DNA from: Abditibacterium sp.
Lineage (GTDB): Bacteria > Armatimonadota > Abditibacteriia > Abditibacteriales > Abditibacteriaceae
Reading direction: 5' to 3'
DNA length: 64,000 nucleotides
Assembly (NCBI GenBank): GCA_965246885.1
Contig: OZ251992.1
Coordinates: 1,696,001-1,760,000 of the forward strand
This document shows positions 39,298 through 47,338 of this stretch, one piece after another; positions within the stretch are counted from its first letter, which is position 1; each line of letters opens with the position of its first letter. A model generated the notes under the pieces. The model did no database searches. It saw nothing but the letters and a program-made list of their open reading frames with translations, and was not told the DNA's origin. The translations under genes were made by a program, and so were the position numbers.

Positions 39298-39423
39298 GCA
39301 GCGCCTCTCGCCCCTAACGCAAGCCCCTCCGTCGTTAATCGAAGACCTTCCGTTAACGCCGCAAGCCCTCGCGTCGCTTGTAGAAGCCCCTCTCGCCGTC
39401 CTCGCAACCCGTGCGCCCCATGC
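39298..39423. repeat. Degenerate 21-bp tandem array D (about 6 units)
   Basis: gcaagcccct, cgaagacctt, gcaagccctc and agaagcccct begin at 39319, 39340, 39361 and 39382. Confidence 0.6.
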
Positions 39424-39517
39424 CTCACTTGTCCAAGCCTACAAGTTTGGAGTAAAATTACGCCCGCAGTCCGACGTTATGCCGCAGAAACCGACTGATT
39501 CGCGGCATAATACCATT

Positions 39518-40350
39518 GTTAGGCCCTTTCCCACTCTATGTCTGAAACACACACCTTTCAAATATACCGCTCACGTATAGAATATTTGGAGCAGCATTTA
39601 CAGTTGATTGACATCGCACTCACAAAGCTCGCACAGACCACAAAGCAACAACGGCACGCAGGGAAGACTATCCTGCAAGTACTCCAAATTACCGGAGATC
39701 GTCATCAGCGACTTAATCACCCCATATCGAATACACCGCGGCTTTGCAACTTCTCTCGGCGTCGCAACATCGAACTTGCATTCCAGTCTTTATATCATCA
39801 CTTCGCCGAGTATATGAGGGGTATTCTTCGCGAGTTATACGACCACGATCCCAAGATGATCGTCGGCAAGGCTCCCAACTGCTTACAGTTTCACGAGATT
39901 GTCGAACTGGCTACTTACGAGAAGGTTGTTGAGCGTATGATCGATGATGTCTTTCGACGTTTACAGAGCGAGCGGAGCGACCTGAAACTCCTCGATAAGG
40001 TTCTCCTTCATACTGGAGTTCATCTCACAGATGCAGCGAAATCCCAAGGTCTCGCCTACCTTGGGATTCGTCACCTAATCGTTCACAACCAGGGAAAAGC
40101 CGACCAGAAGTTCTCCCAAGACTATGGGGCTATCATTCCTACACTTGTTGGCCAACCTTTGCCGATGCAGTTTCGCACAGCGGCAGACGCAATTACAGCA
40201 GTCAACAACCTCATTACAGAGATCGACACACAACTTATTCAACGTGGGCTTGTAACCCCAAGGGGCTAACCATGCGCTGCACCGAACCCGGCCATCGCGT
40301 CGAGGTTGCTATCTAACGCCCTCGTGGGTCGGGTCGCTGAGGTTGTGTCG
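39518..40350 (+). mobile_element. Lone integron-type gene cassette (no integrase in the window)
   Basis: GTTAGGC core 13 nt before the ATG, one lower-GC ORF, and an attC-like site beginning at the stop codon. Confidence 0.7.
39538..40269 (+). CDS. HEPN-like protein (putative RNase or defence effector)
   Basis: Rx4H motif (RHLIVH then NQG), upstream F..Y....L helix, and AT-richer codon usage than neighbours. Confidence 0.6.
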   Translation: MSETHTFQIYRSRIEYLEQHLQLIDIALTKLAQTTKQQRHAGKTILQVLQITGDRHQRLNHPISNTPRLCNFSRRRNIELAFQSLYHHFAEYMRGILRELYDHDPKMIVGKAPNCLQFHEIVELATYEKVVERMIDDVFRRLQSERSDLKLLDKVLLHTGVHLTDAAKSQGLAYLGIRHLIVHNQGKADQKFSQDYGAIIPTLVGQPLPMQFRTAADAITAVNNLITEIDTQLIQRGLVTPRG

Positions 40351-40352
40351 TC
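40264..40352 (+). other. attC-like recombination site
   Basis: GGCTAAC-catgcgctgcaccgaacccggcc...ggtcgggtcgctgaggttgtgtcGT imperfect palindrome; the R' end is degenerate (GTC instead of GTT). Confidence 0.7.
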
Positions 40353-40368
40353 GTGGCGGCTTGTTTTG

Positions 40369-40542
40369 TTACGTCAGTCTCGCTTCGGGTTCGGGGGCGC
40401 GGCCCTTCGCGCGCCGCAGCCATCCGAAACTCCATTCGCTTCGCCCCAGCAATCCTTGCGGGCGCAGGAGCATGACGACGATGAGGATGACTGAGTAGAT
40501 GACGTAGCGGAGCGCGCCTTTGGACGATTCCAGAAAGCCGCG
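40369..40542 (-). pseudogene. Duplicate of the last 57 codons plus stop of livM
   Basis: Same length as 41241-41414; 92/95 identity over 40448-40542. Confidence 0.88.
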
Positions 40543-40586
40543 CGGAGGAATTGAGTGGATAGACTAATAGATAATCGAGGTTTCAA

Positions 40587-40820
40587 ATGGTTCAAACATC
40601 CGAAGCGGTATTTGATGGCAAGGTGCTTCACCCCGATGAGCCACTCGCCATTGAACCTAACACGCGCGTTCGGCTGGTGATTGAAACGGTGCCAGAAGCG
40701 GAAGCCCGGCCCGCTTCTTTTCTTCGCACCGCCCGCGCGCTCAACTTGGAAGGGCCAGAGGATTGGTCAACCAACTTGGACGCTTATTTATACGGGAAGG
40801 AAGAGCCGAGTGGAGGCTGA
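40587..40820 (+). CDS. Putative antitoxin (AF2212/DUF104-like)
   Basis: EAVFDGKVLHP.EPL....NTRVRLVI...GPEDWSTNLDAYLYG; overlaps the PIN gene. Confidence 0.75.
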   Translation: MVQTSEAVFDGKVLHPDEPLAIEPNTRVRLVIETVPEAEARPASFLRTARALNLEGPEDWSTNLDAYLYGKEEPSGG

Positions 40821-41232
40821 GGTTTTCTTGGACACCGCTTATGCTCTTGCCCTGTCGTCTTCGCGCGACCATTTGCACGGCGTCGCGCTTCGCTTGGCAG
40901 ATGAGTTGGAAGAGGCCGGAACTCGCTTGGTAACGACGCGCGCTATCTTGATGGAGTTGGGCAACGCGCTGTCCAAACAACAGTTCCGCCCTGCTGCGGT
41001 GGCGTTGTTGCAATCGCTTGAAGCAGACCCCAATGTCGAGATCGTCCCGTTTTCTGAGGAGCTTTATGCCCAAGCGTTCAAGCTCTATCGGGAGCGGCCT
41101 GACAAAGAGTGGGGGCTGATTGACTGCGTGTCCTTTGTCGTTATGCAAGAGCGCGGCCTCATCGAAGCCCTAACCACCGATGAGCATTATGTGCAAGCGG
41201 GTTTCAGGGCGCTCATGCGTGGGGCAACGTGA
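40810..41232 (+). CDS. vapC: PIN-domain toxin
   Basis: VFLDT, E.GNAL, DKEWGLIDCVSF.VM and ALTTDEHY.QAGF. Confidence 0.88.
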   Translation: MEAEVFLDTAYALALSSSRDHLHGVALRLADELEEAGTRLVTTRAILMELGNALSKQQFRPAAVALLQSLEADPNVEIVPFSEELYAQAFKLYRERPDKEWGLIDCVSFVVMQERGLIEALTTDEHYVQAGFRALMRGAT

Positions 41233-41240
41233 GCTATCCG

Positions 41241-42470
41241 TTATCTCAACCTCACTTCGCGTTCGTCTGCCGAACGCTTCGCGCGGCTCAGCCACCCCAA
41301 CCCCCACTCCCGTCGTCCGAGCAATCCTTGCGGGCGCAGGAGCATCACGACGATGAGGATGACCGAGTAAATGACGTAGCGGAGCGCGCCTTTGGACGAT
41401 TCCAGAAAGCCGCGAAAGTCGGGGAAGTCGAGGCGCGGGAAAAGGCGTTCGAGCGCGGGTTTGAGCGTCGGCGAGAAGTAAAAGGTGCAAAGTACGGCGA
41501 GCGTCAGGAGCGGGAGAAAAATGCCCTTGGCGCGCGCCGCGTTGCCCGCGCGTTCGGCTTTGAGGCGCGCGAAGTTCCAATACGTCGCTAAGGCCACGAG
41601 GCACAGCGACGTGTAAAAGGCGCCGGGGACGCTGCGGAGGATTTCTTGCAAGACGGTGAGGCCCGTCGCCGCGAGCGCCGCGCCGGTGATGGAACCCAAG
41701 CCACCCAACACGACCGACACCACGACTTCGACCGAGCGCAAAAAGGTGAAGTCGTTCGGGTTCGCGTATTGGATGAAGTGCGCTTGCAGCGCGCCCGCCA
41801 CGCCCGCCCACATCGCCGAAAACACGAAGGCAATCACCTTCACGCGCGTGGTGTTGATGCCCGCCGCTTCCGCCGCCACTTCGTCGTCGCGCACCGCGCG
41901 CATTTCGCGGCCCAAGGCAGAACTGGCGAGGTTGCGGATGCTCCAGATGCACGCGACGACGAGCGCGAACACCCAGCTAAACGTCGAAAACTTCGGGATG
42001 CCGATGAACCCCGACGCTTCGCCCACCGCCTTCCAGTTGCGAATGAGCGACACGATGATCTGGTTGAAACCGAGCGTCACGATGGCCAAGTAATCGCCGC
42101 GCAAGCGCAGCGACGGCATCCCGACGAGCAGCCCCGCCAACCCCGCCGCGCCCGCGCCAAGCGCGATGCCGAGCGCGAAATTAACGGGGTCGAGCAGTTG
42201 CCCGCCGATGAACTTCGTAAAATACGCCGACGCATACGCGCCCACCGCCATAAACCCCGCGTGGCCAAGCGAAAACTGCCCCGTGATGCCGTTAATCAGA
42301 TTGAGCGAGACAGCGAGAATGATGGCGATGCCCGCGTTAATGATGGTGTTTTGGTAATAGGGGTTGACGCCCGCGAAGAGGGTGTTCTGCACCGCCACAA
42401 GCAGCGCGACGGCGACGAGGAATAGGACGAGTTGGACGAAGGGCGCGCGGGGAGAAGCGGAGAGTTTCAT
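41241..42470 (-). CDS. livM: Branched-chain amino acid ABC permease
   Basis: GQFSLGHAGFMAVGAY, LRLRGDYLAIVTLG and RPQGLLG. Confidence 0.92.
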   Translation of the reverse strand: MKLSASPRAPFVQLVLFLVAVALLVAVQNTLFAGVNPYYQNTIINAGIAIILAVSLNLINGITGQFSLGHAGFMAVGAYASAYFTKFIGGQLLDPVNFALGIALGAGAAGLAGLLVGMPSLRLRGDYLAIVTLGFNQIIVSLIRNWKAVGEASGFIGIPKFSTFSWVFALVVACIWSIRNLASSALGREMRAVRDDEVAAEAAGINTTRVKVIAFVFSAMWAGVAGALQAHFIQYANPNDFTFLRSVEVVVSVVLGGLGSITGAALAATGLTVLQEILRSVPGAFYTSLCLVALATYWNFARLKAERAGNAARAKGIFLPLLTLAVLCTFYFSPTLKPALERLFPRLDFPDFRGFLESSKGALRYVIYSVILIVVMLLRPQGLLGRREWGLGWLSRAKRSADEREVRLR

Positions 42471-42476
42471 TGGGGG

Positions 42477-43391
42477 TCAAACTTTTTCCGCGACGTTGCG
42501 GCCCAAAATGCCCGCCGGTCGCACAATCAACACCACAATCAGAATCCCGAACGCGACCGCGTCCCGGAACTGGGACGCGCCCGCCGCGACGGTCGCGGTT
42601 TCGGCGAAGGCCATCAAAAGCCCACCCAAGACCGCGCCATAGATGTTGCCGATGCCGCCCAACACCGCTGCGACGAACGCGCGCAGCCCGACTTGCACGC
42701 CCATGAGCGGATCTATCGTCGGCTGATAAATCGAGTTCAACACCCCCGCCGCCGCCGCGAGCGCGCTACCAAGGGCGAAAGTAAACGCGATTATGCGATC
42801 GGTCGGGATGCCCATGAGTTGCGCCGCCGCGCGGTCGAGTGACACCGCCCGCATCGCCCGCCCGATTTTCGTCTTTTGAATCAGGAAGTTGAGCGCCACC
42901 ATCAAGGCAACCGCCGCCCCGACGATGAAGACCTGCACGAGGGAAAGCGAAAACGACGGCGTTTCGACCAAGTTGCGCCCCGAAATGAGCGCCGCGAACG
43001 GCTGCGGGTCGGGCGAGAACATCTGCGCGCCCGACTCCAAAAGCAGCGAGACGCCAATCGCCGTAATCAGCGCCGTCAAACGCGGCGCCGCGCGCAAGGG
43101 CCGATATGCGAGCCGCTCAATCAACATTCCCAACAGCGCCGAACCGAGCATCGCGCCGACAAAAACCAGCACCGTCATCCACCAAGGCACCGCTTTGTTC
43201 GACTGCGACAGCGCCAGCGCCCCCGTCCACTTCGACACGAACAGCCCCACGAACGCGCCGACCATATACACATCGCCATGCGCGAAGTTAATCAGCCGCA
43301 ACACGCCATAAACGAGCGTGTAGCCAAGGGCAATCAGCGCGTAAATGGAGCCTTGCGTCAGGGCGTTGGCGACTTGTTGGAGGAATTGCAT
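42477..43391 (-). CDS. livH: Branched-chain amino acid ABC permease
   Basis: GSIYALIALGYTLVYGVLRLINFAHG. Confidence 0.93.
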   Translation of the reverse strand: MQFLQQVANALTQGSIYALIALGYTLVYGVLRLINFAHGDVYMVGAFVGLFVSKWTGALALSQSNKAVPWWMTVLVFVGAMLGSALLGMLIERLAYRPLRAAPRLTALITAIGVSLLLESGAQMFSPDPQPFAALISGRNLVETPSFSLSLVQVFIVGAAVALMVALNFLIQKTKIGRAMRAVSLDRAAAQLMGIPTDRIIAFTFALGSALAAAAGVLNSIYQPTIDPLMGVQVGLRAFVAAVLGGIGNIYGAVLGGLLMAFAETATVAAGASQFRDAVAFGILIVVLIVRPAGILGRNVAEKV

Positions 43392-43422
43392 TTATTTTTG
43401 GGCTTCTGCCCAGCTTGTCCAA

Positions 43423-43544
43423 TGCCCAGCGACTGAAGTCGCGGGCAACGCACAGCAAAGCCTCCCTGCGGAGGCTGGAGAATAAAAATGCAGTCGGCGC
43501 AGGCCGACTTTGCCGTGAGTTGCCGCGACTTCAGTCGCTGGGCA
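43423..43544. repeat. REP/REPIN- or MITE-like palindromic element
   Basis: Terminal inverted repeats tgcccagcgactgaagtcgcgg / ccgcgacttcagtcgctgggca enclosing two further hairpins. Confidence 0.8.
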
Positions 43545-43560
43545 ATCAAAGTGGCTCCTG

Positions 43561-44793
43561 CTACGGCTTCACGGTCGTCACATACTTCGCCTCGTTACCC
43601 TCGACCTCCAGCACGACGGCGGGTTTGATGGCGTTGCGGTCTTTGTCTATGGTGATGGTGCCCGTCACGCCCGCGTAGTTCTTGGTTTGCGCGAGGGCGT
43701 CGCGCACCTTCTGGCGGTCGAGGGCGCCCGCGCGCTTGATGGCGTCGGCGACGATATAGCCCGCATCATACGCGACGGCGCCGAGGGCGTCCGGCTCTTG
43801 GCCGTATTTCGTTTTGTAGTCGGCGACGAATTTCACGACGCGCGGGTCTTTCGACTGCGACGAATAATGGTTCGAGAAATAGCAACCCTGCAAAGCCTGC
43901 CCGCCGATTTGGAACAATTTCGGCGAATCCCAGCCGTCGCCGCCCAGAAGCGGTTGCTTGAGTCCCAAGCGGCGCGCTTGCACGGCGATGTTGCCCACTT
44001 CGGAATAGTAGCCCGGCACGTAAATCACGTCCGGGTTCTCGCCTTTTATCTTCGTGAGTTGCGATTGGAAGTCTTTGTCCCCCTCGGAATACGACTCGGT
44101 GGTTACAATTGTGCCGCCGTTCTTCGTCCAATCAGAGGTGAAGAACTCGGTTAACCCCTTGGAGTAGTCGTTCGCCACGTCGGTGAGGATGGCCGCCTTC
44201 TTGACGTGCAGCGTTTCGCGCGCGAACTTCGACATCACCGTCCCTTGGAAGGGGTCTATAAAGCAGGTGCGGAAGATGAAGTCGCCGACTTGGGTGACTT
44301 TGGGATTGGTCGAGGAGGCCGTCACCATCGGGACTTTGGCGGCTTGCGCGATGGGCGCCGCCGCTAAGGAGCGGGACGAAGCGACTTCACCCATCAGGAC
44401 GAGGACGTTGTTTTGGTTGATGAGCTTTTGCACGACGCCGGGGACTTGCTCGGTTTTGGAAGCGTCGTCTTCGGTGTGTAGTTCCAGCTTTTTGCCCAAC
44501 ACGCCGCCTTTGGCGTTGATTTCGGCGAACGCCATCTGGATGCCGTTGTCCGTAGACTTGCCAAAGGTCGCCGTGCCACCGGTTAAGGAGCCATAGTGCC
44601 CGATGGGAATGGTGTCGCCCGTTGGCGCGAGGGCAGAGGAAGTGGCAGCAGGAGCCGCAAGATTGGAGTCGCTGCCTTGGGTATTGGCGGGAGTTTCCGT
44701 TGCGGCGGGTTTGCAGCCGGACAGCGCGAGGGCGAGCGAAGAAAAAGCGGCGCCGCGCAGAAGGGCACGGCGAGATTGGAGGGCAAAGTTCAT
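43561..44793 (-). CDS. livK: Branched-chain amino acid ABC substrate-binding lipoprotein
   Basis: Lipobox LSGC, INAKGGVLGK, FRTCFIDPFQG and GGDGWDS. Confidence 0.9.
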   Translation of the reverse strand: MNFALQSRRALLRGAAFSSLALALSGCKPAATETPANTQGSDSNLAAPAATSSALAPTGDTIPIGHYGSLTGGTATFGKSTDNGIQMAFAEINAKGGVLGKKLELHTEDDASKTEQVPGVVQKLINQNNVLVLMGEVASSRSLAAAPIAQAAKVPMVTASSTNPKVTQVGDFIFRTCFIDPFQGTVMSKFARETLHVKKAAILTDVANDYSKGLTEFFTSDWTKNGGTIVTTESYSEGDKDFQSQLTKIKGENPDVIYVPGYYSEVGNIAVQARRLGLKQPLLGGDGWDSPKLFQIGGQALQGCYFSNHYSSQSKDPRVVKFVADYKTKYGQEPDALGAVAYDAGYIVADAIKRAGALDRQKVRDALAQTKNYAGVTGTITIDKDRNAIKPAVVLEVEGNEAKYVTTVKP

Positions 44794-44877
44794 AGAAGTG
44801 GATGGATTCGGGCAGTCCCGAAAAAGATGTTCCCCAGATTTTAACAAAGCGGGCGTTTCGGGCTTATTACCGGGCAC

Positions 44878-45456
44878 TTACACTCTCTCCGCGCGCAGAG
44901 CGCGCGTGAGGGTCGCCCAGCGCACCAACTCCCCCGCCATGTGATGCAACCCCTGCGCGACCTTGGCATCAGACAGCGCGCCGTCGGCGCCAAAGGCCGA
45001 ATAGGAACGGGCGATGGAAACTTGCTCGTTGATGCAAATACAGTGCAAGGTGCGCGCGACACCGCGTAGGTGCGCAAGCGACTGCGTGGCGCCGATGGCC
45101 CCGCCTGCCACTCCCAACAGGGCAACGGCCCGCCCCGCGTAGTCATCGTTCGACCCCAAATCGAGAGCGTTCTTGAGGACGCCCGAAAAGGAGCCGTGAT
45201 ATTCGGGCGTCGCCCAAATCATCCCGTCACCCCGCCGCACCAGTTCGTTCAATCGCGCGACATCGGGCCACTCGTCCGGCGCGAAGCCACTCGCGGCAAA
45301 GGGCAAGCGCCAAGACCGTAAATCGAGCAGTTCCGTTTGTGCGCCGCGTTCGCGCGCAACTTCAAGCGCCAACTCGCACGCGCGCCGCGTCGCGGAATCC
45401 TCTCCAAGCGACCCGCACAGGGCGAGGATGAGGGGCGGAGTTTGTTCGGTGGACAT
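44878..45456 (-). CDS. NADPH-dependent FMN reductase
   Basis: GSL...S and TPEYHGSFSGVLKNALD. Confidence 0.9.
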   Translation of the reverse strand: MSTEQTPPLILALCGSLGEDSATRRACELALEVARERGAQTELLDLRSWRLPFAASGFAPDEWPDVARLNELVRRGDGMIWATPEYHGSFSGVLKNALDLGSNDDYAGRAVALLGVAGGAIGATQSLAHLRGVARTLHCICINEQVSIARSYSAFGADGALSDAKVAQGLHHMAGELVRWATLTRALRAERV

Positions 45457-45478
45457 GGTGGGGAAGTTTGAGGGCGAT

Positions 45479-46276
45479 TCACCCCACTCCGCCCAGTTCC
45501 CCACGCAACTGCTCCAACAGCCGCTCCATTTTATAGGCGGGGAAGGGGGCGCCGCCCGCGTCGGTGACGAAGAAGACGTCGTCCACTTCGCGGTCGAAAG
45601 TGTTGATTTGCGCGTGCGCAATGCTGATGTTCATCCTCGCAAGGGCGCTCGTGATGCGCGAGAGAGCGCCACTGGAATGAAGGGCGCGGAGTTTGATGAG
45701 GGTGTAGTCGCCCGCACCCGTCGCGCTCAGGTCGGAAACGAGCAACGGCGCGCTTGCGGCTTTTTGGCGGGAACGGGGGGCGCGGGCGAGCAGGTCGGCG
45801 GCGTCTTGGCGTTGGTTGAGCACGTCGGTGAGGGTTTGCGAAAGCGTCTTTTGCGATTTGGCGCCCAGCGCGCGTCCGCGTCCAAGCAGGGTTTCGGACA
45901 AAAGGAGCGTGTCGAGGATAACCGTGCCGCCCTCGCCATAGGGGTTGTCGAGCGAGTGAATCCACGCCGTTTGCACGCCGATGCCCTGCGCGACCAAGGT
46001 GCCCGCGACGCGCGCGAGAAGGCCCGGTTGTTCTTCGTCGCGCGCGCACAACACCAACTCCGAAAAGGAAGCGCCCGGTGCGCGATAAAACTGCGCAATC
46101 ACGCCCGATGGGGCCGATGGCAACGCTTGCAAAATCGCCATGTGGCGGCGCATGCGCGACAGGGGCGCGTTGACGAAATAAAAGTCGGGCAGGTAGCGGC
46201 GCAGGTAAGTCGTCACCGTTTCGTCGGGCGCGGGCGAGCCGGGAACCAGCCCGACCTCGGCGTCATGCATAGGCAT
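45479..46276 (-). CDS. Stand-alone tandem ACT-domain protein resembling the GlnD C-terminus
   Basis: D...PGLLARVAGTL and I..AQINT....VDDVFFVTD; no nucleotidyltransferase or HD domain. Confidence 0.7.
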   Translation of the reverse strand: MPMHDAEVGLVPGSPAPDETVTTYLRRYLPDFYFVNAPLSRMRRHMAILQALPSAPSGVIAQFYRAPGASFSELVLCARDEEQPGLLARVAGTLVAQGIGVQTAWIHSLDNPYGEGGTVILDTLLLSETLLGRGRALGAKSQKTLSQTLTDVLNQRQDAADLLARAPRSRQKAASAPLLVSDLSATGAGDYTLIKLRALHSSGALSRITSALARMNISIAHAQINTFDREVDDVFFVTDAGGAPFPAYKMERLLEQLRGELGGVG

Positions 46277-46377
46277 TACGGTTAGGTGTAGCGCATCGGC
46301 GCGAAAAGCAGATTAAGCCCGCGTCACAAGCATATTTCCGCCCGCCCCCTTTTGGGGGGAGCAGTGGCAAGAATAAC

Positions 46378-46524
46378 GGACGTCGGCGGCGCGCTGATAG
46401 ACGTGTGGCGGCCATTCCCAGACGTCTGTCGTCCAGTCCCAGACGTGTGGCGGCGAATCCCACAGGGCGGTGAAAGTAAGCCAGACGCGTGTCACTGGGC
46501 GACAGACGTCTGGGATTCGCTGAT
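46378..46524. repeat. Degenerate 21-bp tandem array E (7 units)
   Basis: agacgtgtggcggccattccc, agacgtctgtcgtccagtccc and agacgtgtggcggcgaatccc; gacg is in phase in 6 of 7 units. Confidence 0.85.
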
Positions 46525-46586
46525 TTCTTTCGCGCAATAGGGGGCGGGCGGAAACGTGAAGCGTCCAGAAGGCGGAGTTGCTTTCG

Positions 46587-47228
46587 ATGCAGACCACACC
46601 TTCACCATCGGAATGGGCGTCACTTCTGGCGCCGTTTGCGCACAACGCGCCGTTTCTTCCCGTGCTCTTGTTAGGCATCGGCTTGGCGGCATCGAGCGGA
46701 CTGCGCGCCTTCTTGCCGCTTTTCGCGCTCGCACTGGCGTTTCACTTTGGCTTCGCGCCCGCCGCGACGGGGCACTTTGCGTGGCTCGGCTCGCCCGTTG
46801 CGCTGGGCGCGTTGGGAATAGCGGCCCTGTTGGAAGTGGCGGGCGACAAAATCCCTGCCGTAGACCATGCCCTTGACTCCGTTGGAACGATTGTGCGCCC
46901 CGCGATGGGCGCGCTCGCGGCAGGCGCAGTGCTCAACACGCACGACCCCGCAACCGGCGCGCTACTGGGCCTTATCGTCGGCGCCCCGATTGCCTTTGGC
47001 ATGCACGGCGCCAAAGCCACTACTCGCGGCGCATCGAGTGTCACCACGCTTGGTTTGGCCAACCCGGTTGTTTCGGTCTTGGAAGATGTCGCGGCGCTAC
47101 TGACCGTCGCCGCCGCGTTCTTCATCCCGATTCTGGTGCCGCTTCTGCTGTTGATAGCGGCGCTGGTCGGCTGGAAACTGTTCCGCGCGGCGAAGGTGCG
47201 GCTGGGCAAACGGGCCGTTGCGGGATAA
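46587..47228 (+). CDS. DUF4126-family membrane protein
   Basis: GLAASSGLRAFLPL, DKIPAVDHALD and NPVVSVLED. Confidence 0.85.
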   Translation: MQTTPSPSEWASLLAPFAHNAPFLPVLLLGIGLAASSGLRAFLPLFALALAFHFGFAPAATGHFAWLGSPVALGALGIAALLEVAGDKIPAVDHALDSVGTIVRPAMGALAAGAVLNTHDPATGALLGLIVGAPIAFGMHGAKATTRGASSVTTLGLANPVVSVLEDVAALLTVAAAFFIPILVPLLLLIAALVGWKLFRAAKVRLGKRAVAG

Positions 47229-47229
47229 T

Positions 47230-47331
47230 TTATAGCCACCGATGAACACGGATACACACGGATGGAATACAAATGCTTCTTGTCCTTCCCGCATTCCATC
47301 CGTGTGTATCCGTGTTCATCGGTGGCTATAA
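47230..47331. repeat. Perfect 39-bp inverted repeat containing internal acacggat repeats (REP-like)
   Basis: 47230-47268 is the exact reverse complement of 47293-47331. Confidence 0.9.
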
Positions 47332-47338
47332 TCAACTC

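Noticed and set aside
41222..41247. Possible attC remnant after vapC (gggcaac-gtgagctatcc-gttat)
   Set aside because: Far too short, has no stem, and overlaps two stop codons
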